NCBI GenBank assembly: GCA_007116145.1 | Contig: SKJB01000111.1 | Coordinates: forward strand, 2,804 to 66,803 | Direction: 5' to 3' | DNA: 64,000 nucleotides | Origin: Limnochordia bacterium | GTDB taxonomy: Bacteria > Bacillota > Limnochordia > Darwinibacteriales > DTU012 | Part shown: in pieces, positions 1-9,848 of the stretch | Position numbering within the stretch: the stretch's first letter is position 1 | Layout of the letters: the number at the start of each line of letters is the position of its first letter | The notes under the pieces: generated by a model | Databases searched by the model: none | The model's input: only the letters and a program-made list of their open reading frames with translations | What the model was told of the DNA's origin: nothing | Translations under genes and position numbers: made by a program

Positions 1-442
1 GTCAGCTAACCCACCACGGAGCGCACCCTTTGCTCCTGTACCCAATATCGCATCCACTACAATATCAGCCAACGATAAACTAATTCGTAACTTACCCGAG
101 GATTGCGACGAGATGAATTCGACGTTGCCGTGCAATTTTTCGAAAATCAGTACGTTGTGGGCACAATCGGCGGACAACTTATCCGATTGACCATAGATAA
201 ACACCTTTACTTTGGCCTGCTTATTCAATAGATGCCGAGCAACCACTAAACCATCGCCGCCATTATTACCACTACCTGCAAAGATAACGATTTGCTTGCC
301 TGACAAATCGCCAAACTCTTGTTGCATATAGGATACCACGGCTACTCCAGCATTTTCCATCAACACTAAGCTCGGAATACCCAAATCCACCCTAGCTTGT
401 TTATCGACCAAACGCATTTCTGCTGTGGTTAACACTACCATA
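1..442 (-). CDS. NAD(P)H-hydrate epimerase (YjeF N-terminal domain); partial, continues past the window start
   Basis: Reverse-complement translation from the ATG at 440-442 gives MVVLTTAEMRLVDKQA...IFAGSGNNGGDGLVVARHL. The GxGNNGGDG motif is typical of YjeF_N. The gene lies immediately downstream of acpS, as in many Firmicutes. Confidence 0.7.
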
Positions 443-444
443 GG

Positions 445-825
445 CTACTCCTCTCCAACAGCAATTGCATAGGCAATCGCTGTATCCCTTCCGTGGGATA
501 GACTGAGTAGAATTTCTTTAATTCCCATCTCTTGTGCAATCTCTTGCGCTCTATCACTAAGGTTTACACAGGGTTTACCCCATTTATCTGGAAGTATCTC
601 AATCTGATTGAAACTAACCCCTCGCTGCCAACCACATCCCAGGGCCTTCATGATAGCCTCCTTACCCGCGAATCGGACTGCCCAAGAAGAAACACCTTTA
701 CGAACCAACAATTCTTGTTCTTCGGCAGTAAACAGTTTTTCACAAAATCTATGCCGTTTTATTGCTCGGGCTATCCGTGATATCTCAATGATATCAACAC
801 CACATCCCAGGACTAAATGGCCCAT
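445..825 (-). CDS. acpS: holo-[acyl-carrier-protein] synthase (4'-phosphopantetheinyl transferase)
   Basis: 126 aa; N-terminal GxGxDxxEIxR signature (LGCGVDIIEISRI); size typical for AcpS. Confidence 0.85.
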   Translation of the reverse strand: MGHLVLGCGVDIIEISRIARAIKRHRFCEKLFTAEEQELLVRKGVSSWAVRFAGKEAIMKALGCGWQRGVSFNQIEILPDKWGKPCVNLSDRAQEIAQEMGIKEILLSLSHGRDTAIAYAIAVGEE

Positions 826-1011
826 CAGTCATCACTCCACAGTTACGCTATCGCCAAATTAAGCGGTTTCGGGCAATGACAATCGCCCCGTAGAAATCTT
901 TATGTGCACTCTCTTTAATCCTATTCGCTAAGGAATGGACAACTCCTTTAACGGGACTGCATATCGTTCCTACCATACCCGCAGTTGGTAGTTATGCCCG
1001 AACTCGTAAGT

Positions 1012-2349
1012 CTAAGACCCCTGTTCAGTTTGGACAACTGTGACTACGGATTGTACCACCTCTTCAACTAGTTGCTCGTCAGGGTGCTCACCCATAACAC
1101 GTATGAGTGGCTCTGTACCTGAAGCTCGAACAAAAATTCGTCCATCTGGTGCTAGTTCCTGTTCCGCTTTCGTAATGGCTTGTTTAATGTGCACATTATC
1201 TTCCCATCCGCGATTACAAGCCACTCTGACATTCGTAAGAATCTGGGGAAATACAGGCATGACTTGTGCTAATTCCGATAAGCGAGCCTTGCGTTCTACC
1301 ATCACAGCTAGAAGCGCGAGAGCACTTAGACAGCCATCTCCAGTCGTATTATGCTCTAAGAAAATAATATGGCCGGATTGTTCGCCACCTAAAGCAAGCC
1401 CCTGTTCCAACATAGTTTCCAACACGTAGCGATCACCAGCGGCTGTCAATACCACATCGCCACCAGCCTGTAAGAAGGTCTGGCGTAACCCTCCATTACT
1501 GTAGACAGTTGCTGCAATCTTTTTATTCGGCAACTGACCTTTGGCCAATAGATCCAATCCACAAACTGCCAGAATATGATCTCCATCTACTAGATTACCC
1601 CGTTCATCCACAGCTAACACACGATCAGCATCCCCATCAAGGGTAATTCCTAAATCAGCTCCTATTTCCAAAACATACTTTTGCATCTGTAAAGGATGAG
1701 TGGAACCACATTGATGATTAATGTTTATTCCAGTGGGTTTATTGTTAATAACTGAAACCGTAGCTCCAAGCCGTCGTAATATTTCAGGAGCCCCTTGATA
1801 AGCAGCCCCGTTTGCACAATCGAGGGCAATGTGTAAATCCGATAAATCGATTTGTACTGTGCTTTCTAAAAAATCTAGATAGATGTCAAGAGCCTTCGTT
1901 TCCCGATAGAGACGTCCAATATTTTCACTGACAGCACGTCTTAAATCGTTGTTCTCTAAATTGGCTTCTATTTCATCCTCAACCGCATCTGTCAGTTTCA
2001 ATCCAGTACTGGCAAAAAACTTAATCCCGTTATCACCATAAGGATTATGCGATGCAGAAATCATAATTCCACAGCTAGCCTGCATTCTTTTTGTTAAATA
2101 GGCCACAGCCGGCGTCGGGATTACATCTAATAAAATTACATCGCCCCCAACGGAATTGATGCCGGCAATTAGCGCAGCTTCTAACATATCGCCAGATATA
2201 CGTGTATCCTTACCTATAAGGATTTTTGGTCTTGCTGTATCACGAGCTAGAATAGCGGCTCCTGCTCGTCCAAGGGCAAACGCTAATTCTGGTGTCAACT
2301 CTCGATTAGCCATACCTCTAACTCCATCAGTTCCAAATAATCGTCCCAT
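1012..2349 (-). CDS. glmM: phosphoglucosamine mutase
   Basis: 445 aa; the start MGRLFGTDGVRG, the SASHNP phosphoserine loop and a GEQSGH motif are all present. Lies downstream of cdaA-cdaR as in Firmicutes. Confidence 0.9.
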   Translation of the reverse strand: MGRLFGTDGVRGMANRELTPELAFALGRAGAAILARDTARPKILIGKDTRISGDMLEAALIAGINSVGGDVILLDVIPTPAVAYLTKRMQASCGIMISASHNPYGDNGIKFFASTGLKLTDAVEDEIEANLENNDLRRAVSENIGRLYRETKALDIYLDFLESTVQIDLSDLHIALDCANGAAYQGAPEILRRLGATVSVINNKPTGININHQCGSTHPLQMQKYVLEIGADLGITLDGDADRVLAVDERGNLVDGDHILAVCGLDLLAKGQLPNKKIAATVYSNGGLRQTFLQAGGDVVLTAAGDRYVLETMLEQGLALGGEQSGHIIFLEHNTTGDGCLSALALLAVMVERKARLSELAQVMPVFPQILTNVRVACNRGWEDNVHIKQAITKAEQELAPDGRIFVRASGTEPLIRVMGEHPDEQLVEEVVQSVVTVVQTEQGS

Positions 2350-2399
2350 CTTAAACTACCTCCCGCTTAACGCTCCTTATTGCTCTCTCTTTCGAACTA

Positions 2400-2470
2400 C
2401 TACTCCGGTTGTTCTGGTTCTGATTCTAGTTCTGGTTCTGGTTCTAGTTCTGCTTCTAAGTCTGGTTCTG
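2400..2470. repeat. short tandem coding repeat (ctggttctggttctag-type) encoding the EPEPELESEPE acidic tail of CdaR
   Basis: Visible tandem periodicity in the DNA at 2400-2470; it lies inside the cdaR reading frame. Confidence 0.5.
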
Positions 2471-3473
2471 GCATACCTTCAGGGAGATCCTCAGACTGCT
2501 CTTCGAAGGCGATCCTGGCAATCTCTAGTTGGACAAGAACTCGTGGTGGTTCTGTAGCACTCAACCCCTCTGGAATCAGCACGTTTAATTCCAGAGTATG
2601 TGCACCCACATCAAACTGTTCCAACCAGATCGATTCTGTGAGCAGTTGCTCCACTGGGGTTGGATGATTCGCACCGATATTAACGCGTAAGACTGTCGGA
2701 TTAATCTCTACTCTATTAATCTCTAAGTGCGGAGCTAAAATCCCTTGAAACTGTGGAATAACCGGTATCTGCTGTTCATATTGTTGCAGAACTTGTTCTA
2801 ACACAACCCGAACCTCATCAGGAATAACGCTCACCTGATCAACAGTACGACCTTGATCGTCAATGGCCCGTACTGGGAAATTTCCTTCTAAACGTGTAGC
2901 ACTGCCACCAAGGGCAATATCAGCCACTACTTGCCTAACGCTGTCTAATGCGCTACGCGGCCCTCGCACCATAACTTCGGATGGGTTTGGCGTTAAACTC
3001 TGTATTCCTTGTTCGGGCACTAATCCGATTAAAGCTACAGATACGGCAAACGTTTGCTCCAAAACTCGTTCGGTTCGAAGACGAACCCAACGCGGGGAAA
3101 TCGAGACTAATTCTATCCCTGTTGGCACTGTTACATCAACACCATATGTTCCTTCACCTTCAATGACTCCACTTAAATCAATTGTCGCACGAATTTCACG
3201 TTCGGCTGCAGGAATCAAAGGAGCAAATCCACGGACCCCGACCCGAATATTTTCAGGCTCTGTCAGGAGTGCAAAATCTGGAGATAAATCCCCTATCTGA
3301 GCCTCTATGCTCAGAGTTCGTTCGACTGTAGAAAACCGCCCTTCACCCCCAGCTAGAAACCACAAAACAACGGCTAAAAATAGGGCAAAAAAACGAAAAT
3401 AGAGATTTTCATCCTTGACCAAAACACGAATACGCTTTGCAAACAGCGTGATTAGCTGCTGTCGTTTATTCAT
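2400..3473 (-). CDS. cdaR: CdaR / YbbR-domain regulator of diadenylate cyclase, with an acidic PE/LE-rich C-terminal tail
   Basis: 357 aa; N-terminal TM segment; repeated YbbR-like beta domains; position in the conserved cdaA-cdaR-glmM operon. Confidence 0.7.
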   Translation of the reverse strand: MNKRQQLITLFAKRIRVLVKDENLYFRFFALFLAVVLWFLAGGEGRFSTVERTLSIEAQIGDLSPDFALLTEPENIRVGVRGFAPLIPAAEREIRATIDLSGVIEGEGTYGVDVTVPTGIELVSISPRWVRLRTERVLEQTFAVSVALIGLVPEQGIQSLTPNPSEVMVRGPRSALDSVRQVVADIALGGSATRLEGNFPVRAIDDQGRTVDQVSVIPDEVRVVLEQVLQQYEQQIPVIPQFQGILAPHLEINRVEINPTVLRVNIGANHPTPVEQLLTESIWLEQFDVGAHTLELNVLIPEGLSATEPPRVLVQLEIARIAFEEQSEDLPEGMPEPDLEAELEPEPELESEPEQPE

Positions 3474-3476
3474 TTA

Positions 3477-4250
3477 TTAACCCCTCCTAAAACGAAAAGG
3501 TTCATCAGACCTGTGCAAATACGCCTGCAATTGCTCGGTCAGTCGACTCTCTGTAAGATATCGGCGTAATTGACCTCCAACAGCTAAAGATATAGCGCCT
3601 GTTTCCTCCGAAACCACAATAATGAGAGCATCTGTTTGTTCCGATAAACCGACAGCAGCTCGATGACGCGTCCCTAACTGGGAATCAAGGGAACTTTCAG
3701 TCAGAGGAAGAAAACAAGCTGCTCCCATTATGCGCTCACTGCGAATAATCACCGCTCCATCATGGAGTGGTGAGTTAGGTTCAAAAACATTCGCTAGCAA
3801 CTCAGTGCTTATTAGGGCATCAAGTAAAATTCCAGTTTCCACGAATTCTTGCAATCCAGTCTCGCGTTCAATTGCGATCAAAATCCCAACACGACGTGCA
3901 CTTAATGTAACCGCTACTTTGACCACAACGTCGATTACAGTCTGCACTTGATCCTTACTGGAGCTACCAAACTTTGCAAAGAACTGTCCCCGCCCTATTT
4001 GCTCCAAAGCGCGTCGTAATTCAGGATAAAAAACAATGGGTAGAGCAACAAAAATAACCGTTGTACTCTGCTCTAATAACCAGCTTACGGTTTGCAAAGC
4101 AAGTGCCTGGGCTACCAGGCTAGCCACAAAAACTACAGCGAGGCCTTTAATCAGAGTCGTTGCGCGGGTGCCACGAATTACATTCATCAACTTATAGATC
4201 ACATAAGCTACAATAAAAATATCTACTGCATCTAGTACTGTGAACTCCAC
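3477..4250 (-). CDS. cdaA: diadenylate cyclase CdaA (DisA_N domain, membrane anchored)
   Basis: 257 aa; three N-terminal TM helices followed by a DAC domain with DGA and RHRAA motifs (LHDGAVII...GTRHRAAVG). Confidence 0.85.
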   Translation of the reverse strand: MEFTVLDAVDIFIVAYVIYKLMNVIRGTRATTLIKGLAVVFVASLVAQALALQTVSWLLEQSTTVIFVALPIVFYPELRRALEQIGRGQFFAKFGSSSKDQVQTVIDVVVKVAVTLSARRVGILIAIERETGLQEFVETGILLDALISTELLANVFEPNSPLHDGAVIIRSERIMGAACFLPLTESSLDSQLGTRHRAAVGLSEQTDALIIVVSEETGAISLAVGGQLRRYLTESRLTEQLQAYLHRSDEPFRFRRG

Positions 4251-4921
4251 CTAGGAAAACTCCTTTTTTGCGTTAACAGAATATCATAAAATGTGGTCAG
4301 CGTTTGATCGCCTTCGAGAATAAAAGTTTCCATACCACACTTGCTCGCCGCACCATCATTCTCGTAATCATCACCCACCATGATACAGTCTTTGGGATCC
4401 ACTACAATCTTGTCAGCAATTTCCCGATAGTATTCAACGTGAGGTTTACAAAAGTGCATATTCTCACCAGCAGTTATTAAGTGATACGGAAAATGATCCA
4501 CACCCGCCCAGCGTAATCGCTCTCTGATAGCACTTAACGGGAATACGGGATTGGTAGCAATAACCACCTTATACTCTAGCTCAAAAGCAGTTTGCACTAC
4601 TTTGGGAGCTAGCTGATCTGCCTCAGCCAAATGGGCAAGTTGTGGAAATTCCTCCCGATAAAATGCAGAAAACTCCGCCCACAATGTGGGATCTAGACCA
4701 GTCACGCCGAAAAAGTGATCAACAAAAACGTCTAAATTGAGCCGCAAGGGATCCAAGTTTCTTATCATTACATCTGTCGCAGCGTTTAACTCCTTGAGAA
4801 AAATCTTCGGCTCAATATGTTTGGCAAAACGACTAGCTATGCGTTGGAAGTACTCCTGCATAAGCGTGTTAAAACTCGTCTTTAATAGTGTGCCGTCTAT
4901 GTCAAAAAGTACTGCTAACAT
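4232..4921 (-). CDS. HAD-superfamily hydrolase
   Basis: DxDGTL motif (LFDIDGTLL) at the N-terminus. The internal ATG at 4919-4921 is preferred as the start because an AAGGAG RBS sits 7 nt upstream. The long ORF to 4951 overlaps the upstream gene. Confidence 0.65.
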   Translation of the reverse strand: MLAVLFDIDGTLLKTSFNTLMQEYFQRIASRFAKHIEPKIFLKELNAATDVMIRNLDPLRLNLDVFVDHFFGVTGLDPTLWAEFSAFYREEFPQLAHLAEADQLAPKVVQTAFELEYKVVIATNPVFPLSAIRERLRWAGVDHFPYHLITAGENMHFCKPHVEYYREIADKIVVDPKDCIMVGDDYENDGAASKCGMETFILEGDQTLTTFYDILLTQKRSFPRWSSQY

Positions 4922-6093
4922 CCACTCGCTCCTTGGTTTTCTTTGATCCAATCATCCCATGTTTTCTCAGCTGCAGCACAAGCTTTACCATATTGACCCA
5001 GGGACGCCTCAATTGCAGCTAAAGTCGTCACCATATCCAGCGGAGTGGCATATCCCATGTGACCCACACGAAATATTTTTCCAGCAAACAAACCTTGACC
5101 ACCAGCTACTTCTACTCCATATTTTTGCTCTAGTCGTCGGCAGAATCCGACCACATCAGAGAAATCTGGCCTAACCGAGGTGACTGTGGGTGAAGCCCAA
5201 GGTTCCTCTACAAGCAATGGTAATTCTAATGCTTGCATTCCTACACGAATCATATCGCGCATTAGATAGTGACGAGCATAAATGTTTTCCAAACCCTCAG
5301 CTTCAATCAGATTTAATGCTTCTTCCAGCGCAAAAAAATTAGCAATGTTTGGTGTATAAGGTGTTTCGCCTTGCATTAGCATTTCCTCGTATCGCAAAAG
5401 ATCCAGGTAGAACCGTGGTGATGTCACTTTTTTCATTCTACTCCTCGCCCGTTGGGAAATGCTGACAAAAGCAAGACCAGGGGGAGTTAACAAGCACTTC
5501 TGCGATGCAGTACAAACAACATCAACACCCCAATTATCGGTCTCTAAGGGACTACCTCCTAAAGACGAAACAGCATCCACTACAAAAAGGGCATCAAACT
5601 GGTTCACCACTTCACCAATCCCCTCAATATCATTGAGGACAGCAGTAGATGATTCATTGTGGGTAGCAAAGACCACCTCTATCTCGGGATGGGTTTTAAG
5701 AATGGCTTGTACATCCAAAGGATCAACGCCTTTGCCCCACGGATACTGTAGCTCTAAAACCTTAGCACCATAGCTAGTACAGATGTCGAGCCACCGTTGT
5801 CCAAAGGAACCTCCCACCAAAACTAATACAGGATCGCCTGGGTTAACAAGATTTGCCACAGCTGCTTCCATAGCAGCAGAACCTGACCCTGTGAGCGCAA
5901 TAATAGCATTTTCTGTCGCAAATATGGGCTTTAATCGGTCTAATACTAAGGGTAATTTCTCTCTAAACTCGGCACCTCTGTGGTTGATCATAGGACTAGC
6001 GCTTGCTAGCAGCACCTTAGGTGGCACTGGTACCGGTCCGGGGATCCGAAGTTCATGTTTATCAAAAAAGAACATTATTAACTCCACCTCCAA
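4915..6093 (-). CDS. class V aminotransferase (serine-pyruvate/alanine-glyoxylate aminotransferase family, PLP-dependent)
   Basis: 392 aa; IPGPVPVPPKVL N-terminal motif typical of AGXT-type class V aminotransferases; GGAGG-like RBS before the start. Confidence 0.75.
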   Translation of the reverse strand: MEVELIMFFFDKHELRIPGPVPVPPKVLLASASPMINHRGAEFREKLPLVLDRLKPIFATENAIIALTGSGSAAMEAAVANLVNPGDPVLVLVGGSFGQRWLDICTSYGAKVLELQYPWGKGVDPLDVQAILKTHPEIEVVFATHNESSTAVLNDIEGIGEVVNQFDALFVVDAVSSLGGSPLETDNWGVDVVCTASQKCLLTPPGLAFVSISQRARSRMKKVTSPRFYLDLLRYEEMLMQGETPYTPNIANFFALEEALNLIEAEGLENIYARHYLMRDMIRVGMQALELPLLVEEPWASPTVTSVRPDFSDVVGFCRRLEQKYGVEVAGGQGLFAGKIFRVGHMGYATPLDMVTTLAAIEASLGQYGKACAAAEKTWDDWIKENQGASGC

Positions 6094-6154
6094 AATATCT
6101 TACTCGAAATTTCGCCAACACTGAACCTAAATCCTCTAATTTCCCTGCCAACAA

Positions 6155-6184
6155 TTGACAATTAAGAGCTAGTAGTGATATTAT
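6155..6184 (+). promoter_or_regulatory. putative sigma-A promoter of glnA (TTGACA, 18-nt spacer, TGnTATTAT extended -10)
   Basis: TTGACA at 6155-6160 and TATTAT at 6179-6184 preceded by TG; the RBS AAAAGGGG lies 10 nt before the ATG at 6220. Confidence 0.4.
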
Positions 6185-6219
6185 TGCATATTATGTAGTA
6201 AAAAAGGGGTTATCATGAA

Positions 6220-7548
6220 ATGGCAAAAACTCGCGAAGAAATCTTACGTCTGACAAAAGAACTAGACATTAAGTTTGTTCGTCTCCAATTTACTGACATT
6301 CTTGGAGTGGTCAAGAATGTAGCTATTCCCATTAAGCAACTACCCAAAGCATTAGATAACGAAATCATGTTTGACGGTTCTTCGATCGAAGGGTATGTGC
6401 GCATTGAAGAATCAGATATGAACTTGCGCCCTGATCTTGACACCTTTACAGTATTCCCTTGGAGTGATCCAGGACAAATGGAAGCTCGTTTGATTTGTGA
6501 TGTCTACTACACAAACGACACCCCATTTGAAGGAGATCCACGCTATGCGCTCAAAAAGACGTTAGCCGAAGCGAATGAAATGGGCTATCAAGTAATGGCT
6601 GGTCCTGAATGCGAATTCTTTCTTTTCCACTTAGACGAGCAAGGAAAAGGAACCACAATAACCCATGATGAAGCAGGATATTTTGATATGGGTCCTATCG
6701 ATCGCGGAGAAACAGCACGAAGAGATATCGTTGTAGCCCTCGAAGAAATGGGTTTTGATGTTGAAGCATCGCATCACGAAGTAGCCATCGGACAGCACGA
6801 AATTGGATTTAAATACGATGATGCTTTAGTAAGCGCTGATCGCGTTGCCACATTTAAATTTGCCACAAAAACAATCGCTCGACAACATGGTTTAATTGCA
6901 AGCTTTATGCCAAAACCAATTTATGGTCGCGCTGGTTCTGGGATGCATACGCATATATCTTTGGTGGATAAAGAGGGACAAAATGTCTTTTATGATCCCA
7001 ATGAACACTACCAACTAAGCACTACCGCACTCCACTTTATTGGCGGGCTACTGAAACATGCACCGGGTTATACAGCCATCACCAATCCGTCAGTCAATTC
7101 GTACAAGCGTTTAATAACGGGTTATGAAGCTCCCGTTTACATTTCTTGGTCGGCCCAAAATCGGTCAGCCCTAGTACGCGTACCGGCTAGTCGTAAACAA
7201 GGTACACGAGTGGAGTTGCGCTCTCCCGATCCATCCTGCAACCCCTATTTAGCCTTTGCAGTGATGATTAAAGCTGGTTTAATGGGTATCAAACAGCAAA
7301 TAACTCCACCACCCTCACTTACCCAAAACATCTATCATATGGATGACAAAGAGCGAGCGATTGCTCAGGTACATAGTTTGCCCAATTCATTGGCAAAGGC
7401 TTTAAAATTATTAGAAGCTGATGAAGTGATGCGGGAAGCTCTAGGAGATCACGTATATACGCATTTCGTAAAAGCCAAACTGCAAGATTGGCACGAATAC
7501 ACCAGTCAAGTGCATGACTGGGAAATCCGCAAATATTTGGGGGTATAA
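6220..7548 (+). CDS. glnA: glutamine synthetase type I
   Basis: 442 aa; MAKTREEILRLTKE...RLQFTDILG matches the Bacillus GlnA N-terminus; GS catalytic-domain motifs present. Confidence 0.95.
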   Translation: MAKTREEILRLTKELDIKFVRLQFTDILGVVKNVAIPIKQLPKALDNEIMFDGSSIEGYVRIEESDMNLRPDLDTFTVFPWSDPGQMEARLICDVYYTNDTPFEGDPRYALKKTLAEANEMGYQVMAGPECEFFLFHLDEQGKGTTITHDEAGYFDMGPIDRGETARRDIVVALEEMGFDVEASHHEVAIGQHEIGFKYDDALVSADRVATFKFATKTIARQHGLIASFMPKPIYGRAGSGMHTHISLVDKEGQNVFYDPNEHYQLSTTALHFIGGLLKHAPGYTAITNPSVNSYKRLITGYEAPVYISWSAQNRSALVRVPASRKQGTRVELRSPDPSCNPYLAFAVMIKAGLMGIKQQITPPPSLTQNIYHMDDKERAIAQVHSLPNSLAKALKLLEADEVMREALGDHVYTHFVKAKLQDWHEYTSQVHDWEIRKYLGV

Positions 7549-7550
7549 CT

Positions 7551-8291
7551 GTGTCCATACAACAAGAAATACCAGAGGTTGTCCAGTGGTTACAACAAAA
7601 GGTACTAGAGGCAAACGTTCAAGGATTGGTTGTCGGGCTCAGCGGGGGGATTGACTCAGCTGTAGCAGCTGCTTTGATGAAATTAGCATTTCCAGATAAC
7701 AGCCTAGCGATTATTCTACCGATTAAATCCAATCCCCAAGATGCCAAGGATGCGTATCAGGTAGCAAAAGCGATTAACATCACCCATTATCAATTGGATC
7801 TCACGCCAGAACACACGAGTATTCTCGCAGCTTCCTTAGAACAACTCGCAGTGATTCGTCCACAGATGCAAACTAAAATGGTCGATGCGAACTTACGAGC
7901 CAGATTACGCATGTCCACAATTTACGCTGCAGCGAATGCTCTCAATTACTTAGTCGTAGGTACAGATAATAAAGCTGAAGTCTATACTGGCTATTTCACC
8001 AAATATGGCGATGGCGGTTGCGACATCTTGCCCCTCGCCGACTTTACAAAAGGTGAAATAACAGCACTAGCCCGTGCACTTCATATCCCAGATAGCATAA
8101 TTAACAAACCTCCCTCAGCAGGACTATGGAAAGGCCAGACTGACGAGGAGGAAATCGGCACAACCTATCAATATATTGATGCCCATCTTAATGGAGAGAC
8201 GATTCCAGAGAGAGATTTAGCTATCATTAAACGACTTCATCAGCTCTCCACTCATAAACGAACAATGCCACCTGCTTATATTCGTAGATGA
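7551..8291 (+). CDS. nadE: ammonia-dependent NAD+ synthetase
   Basis: 246 aa; SGGIDS PP-loop motif (GLSGGIDSAV). Confidence 0.9.
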   Translation: MSIQQEIPEVVQWLQQKVLEANVQGLVVGLSGGIDSAVAAALMKLAFPDNSLAIILPIKSNPQDAKDAYQVAKAINITHYQLDLTPEHTSILAASLEQLAVIRPQMQTKMVDANLRARLRMSTIYAAANALNYLVVGTDNKAEVYTGYFTKYGDGGCDILPLADFTKGEITALARALHIPDSIINKPPSAGLWKGQTDEEEIGTTYQYIDAHLNGETIPERDLAIIKRLHQLSTHKRTMPPAYIRR

Positions 8292-8305
8292 AATTAGGAA
8301 AGCTA

Positions 8306-8337
8306 GAAAAAGAACCGCGGCTAGGCGGTTCTTTTTC
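8306..8337. terminator. bidirectional intrinsic terminator between convergent nadE and the 8337-8753 gene
   Basis: Perfect 9-bp stem AAGAACCGC / GCGGTTCTT with a 6-nt loop, flanked by an A-run upstream and a T-run downstream. Confidence 0.6.
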
Positions 8338-8753
8338 TAGCGTGATGCTAGACTAGCTAATCGTTCAGCTATGCCAGGCAAATCCTTAACAGACCTAACA
8401 GACGCAAAATCTTCCACGATCATACCTTGTACTTCCATCAGCTGCATTAAGAATTTCAATGCTTTACTCGAACCAAAGCGAGTGGGAACGAAAACTGCCC
8501 CCTTCTTACCGTCTAGGCGGTTACATCGCTTGAGAAGTTCATCAATCTCTCTAGGAATGATCGGCCGCCATACTCCTTTAAACGGACTCAACACACAAAC
8601 TAATTTGTACTGAGCAGTACTGATTGGACCACCTCCAGCTGCGCTAGCTTCCCCCAACTCAACTCGACAGTTGAGGTTTTCAAGAGCCCCTTGTAAACTC
8701 TTTGCCCAGTCCACCAATTTTGGTTGGGATGAATGTAATATCAGTATCCGCAC
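8337..8753 (-). CDS. hypothetical protein (138 aa), possibly a flavodoxin-like alpha/beta fold
   Basis: Clean ORF; ends at the shared terminator; no motif recognised with confidence. Confidence 0.45.
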   Translation of the reverse strand: MRILILHSSQPKLVDWAKSLQGALENLNCRVELGEASAAGGGPISTAQYKLVCVLSPFKGVWRPIIPREIDELLKRCNRLDGKKGAVFVPTRFGSSKALKFLMQLMEVQGMIVEDFASVRSVKDLPGIAERLASLASR

Positions 8754-8764
8754 GTAATTCCCTC

Positions 8765-9712
8765 CTATTCCTTTTCAAACACAGTACTAATGGATACACC
8801 ATTATGGATACAGCGAATAGCCTCTCCAATCAACGGGGCGACACTTAATACTTTAATCTTTGCATTACGCTTCTCTTCAGGTACGGGAACACTATTTGTT
8901 ACCACCAATTCTTTTAAAGGAGAGGACGCAATCCGCTGGGGTGCCATTCCAGACAGAATAGGATGAGTTACTGCTGCGTATATATCTAGCGCTTTAAACT
9001 TCTCTAACGTATTAGCAGCCGATACTAAAGAAGATCCGGAACTGATCTCATCGTCCACGAGTAAACAGTTTTTACCACCTACATCACCAATCACATTTTC
9101 CATCACAACTTGCTCCTCATTACCTAAACGCCGCTTATCAATAATTGCCATTGGACAATGAAGCCGTTTCGCAAATTGCCGAGCCATTTTGGCGCGGCCC
9201 GCATCTGGAGCTACAACAACCATATTATCGAGTTTTTTGTCGACAAAGTAGCTAGCCAACATCGGTACCGCTGTTAAGTGATCAACGGGGATGGAAAAAA
9301 ATCCTTGAATTTGGGGAGCGTGAAGATCTAACGAGATAATGCGTTCAACCCCAGCTACCTCAAGTAGGTCCGCAACTAATCGAGCTGTAATCGAGATGCG
9401 TGGTTGATCCTTTTTATCCGACCGGCTATAAGGGAAATAGGGGACCACTGCCGTGATTCGCTTAATCGAAGCTCGCTTAAGGGCATCAATCATAATTAAC
9501 AATTCCATTAAACCATCATTTACTGGATAGCATGATGGTTGAATAACAAACACATCTGCTTCCCGTACACTTTCGTTAATCCGGACAAAAGAATTATCAT
9601 TTGTAAACTTAATGACCTCAGACCGACCGACTGCCACACCTAGAACCTCACATACTTCCTTTGCTAACCTGGGATGAGCTCGCCCCGAAAAAATTTGTAA
9701 TGCGTTTAACAT
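8765..9712 (-). CDS. prs: ribose-phosphate pyrophosphokinase (PRPP synthetase)
   Basis: 315 aa; PRPP-binding motif VLVDDEISSGSS and the Prs N-terminal pattern. Confidence 0.9.
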   Translation of the reverse strand: MLNALQIFSGRAHPRLAKEVCEVLGVAVGRSEVIKFTNDNSFVRINESVREADVFVIQPSCYPVNDGLMELLIMIDALKRASIKRITAVVPYFPYSRSDKKDQPRISITARLVADLLEVAGVERIISLDLHAPQIQGFFSIPVDHLTAVPMLASYFVDKKLDNMVVVAPDAGRAKMARQFAKRLHCPMAIIDKRRLGNEEQVVMENVIGDVGGKNCLLVDDEISSGSSLVSAANTLEKFKALDIYAAVTHPILSGMAPQRIASSPLKELVVTNSVPVPEEKRNAKIKVLSVAPLIGEAIRCIHNGVSISTVFEKE

Positions 9713-9807
9713 TCCTCACCATCATCCTTTGTTAGTTAATTCGTCTTTTAGTTATTCGTGAATAATCGCCTATGTCCCTCTATAGTTTACCAAAATTTAC
9801 GAGATAT

Positions 9808-9840
9808 AAAAAAAACGGTGGTACTGACAAAACCCACCGT
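9808..9840 (-). terminator. intrinsic terminator downstream of the 9849-11282 gene
   Basis: On the minus strand the stem ACGGTGG / CCACCGT is followed by a run of 8 T (A-run 9808-9815 on the plus strand). Confidence 0.5.
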
Positions 9841-9848
9841 CAATAAAT

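Noticed and set aside
532-862. Plus-strand ORFs of 82 and 84 aa overlapping acpS
   Set aside because: Antisense to a well-supported acpS. Typical spurious six-frame ORFs, as are the many other 60-130-aa antisense ORFs inside large genes.
825-1012. Possible glmS ribozyme or riboswitch near glmM
   Set aside because: The glmS ribozyme lies upstream of glmS, not glmM. The region is the acpS promoter side and no conserved ribozyme core was recognised.
2400-2470. Short tandem repeat considered as a CRISPR or VNTR locus
   Set aside because: It lies within the cdaR reading frame and encodes an acidic tail. It has no spacers.
6100-6219. GlnR/TnrA operator upstream of glnA
   Set aside because: No convincing TGTNA-N7-TNACA site was found by eye. 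Only a sigma-A-like promoter is reported.
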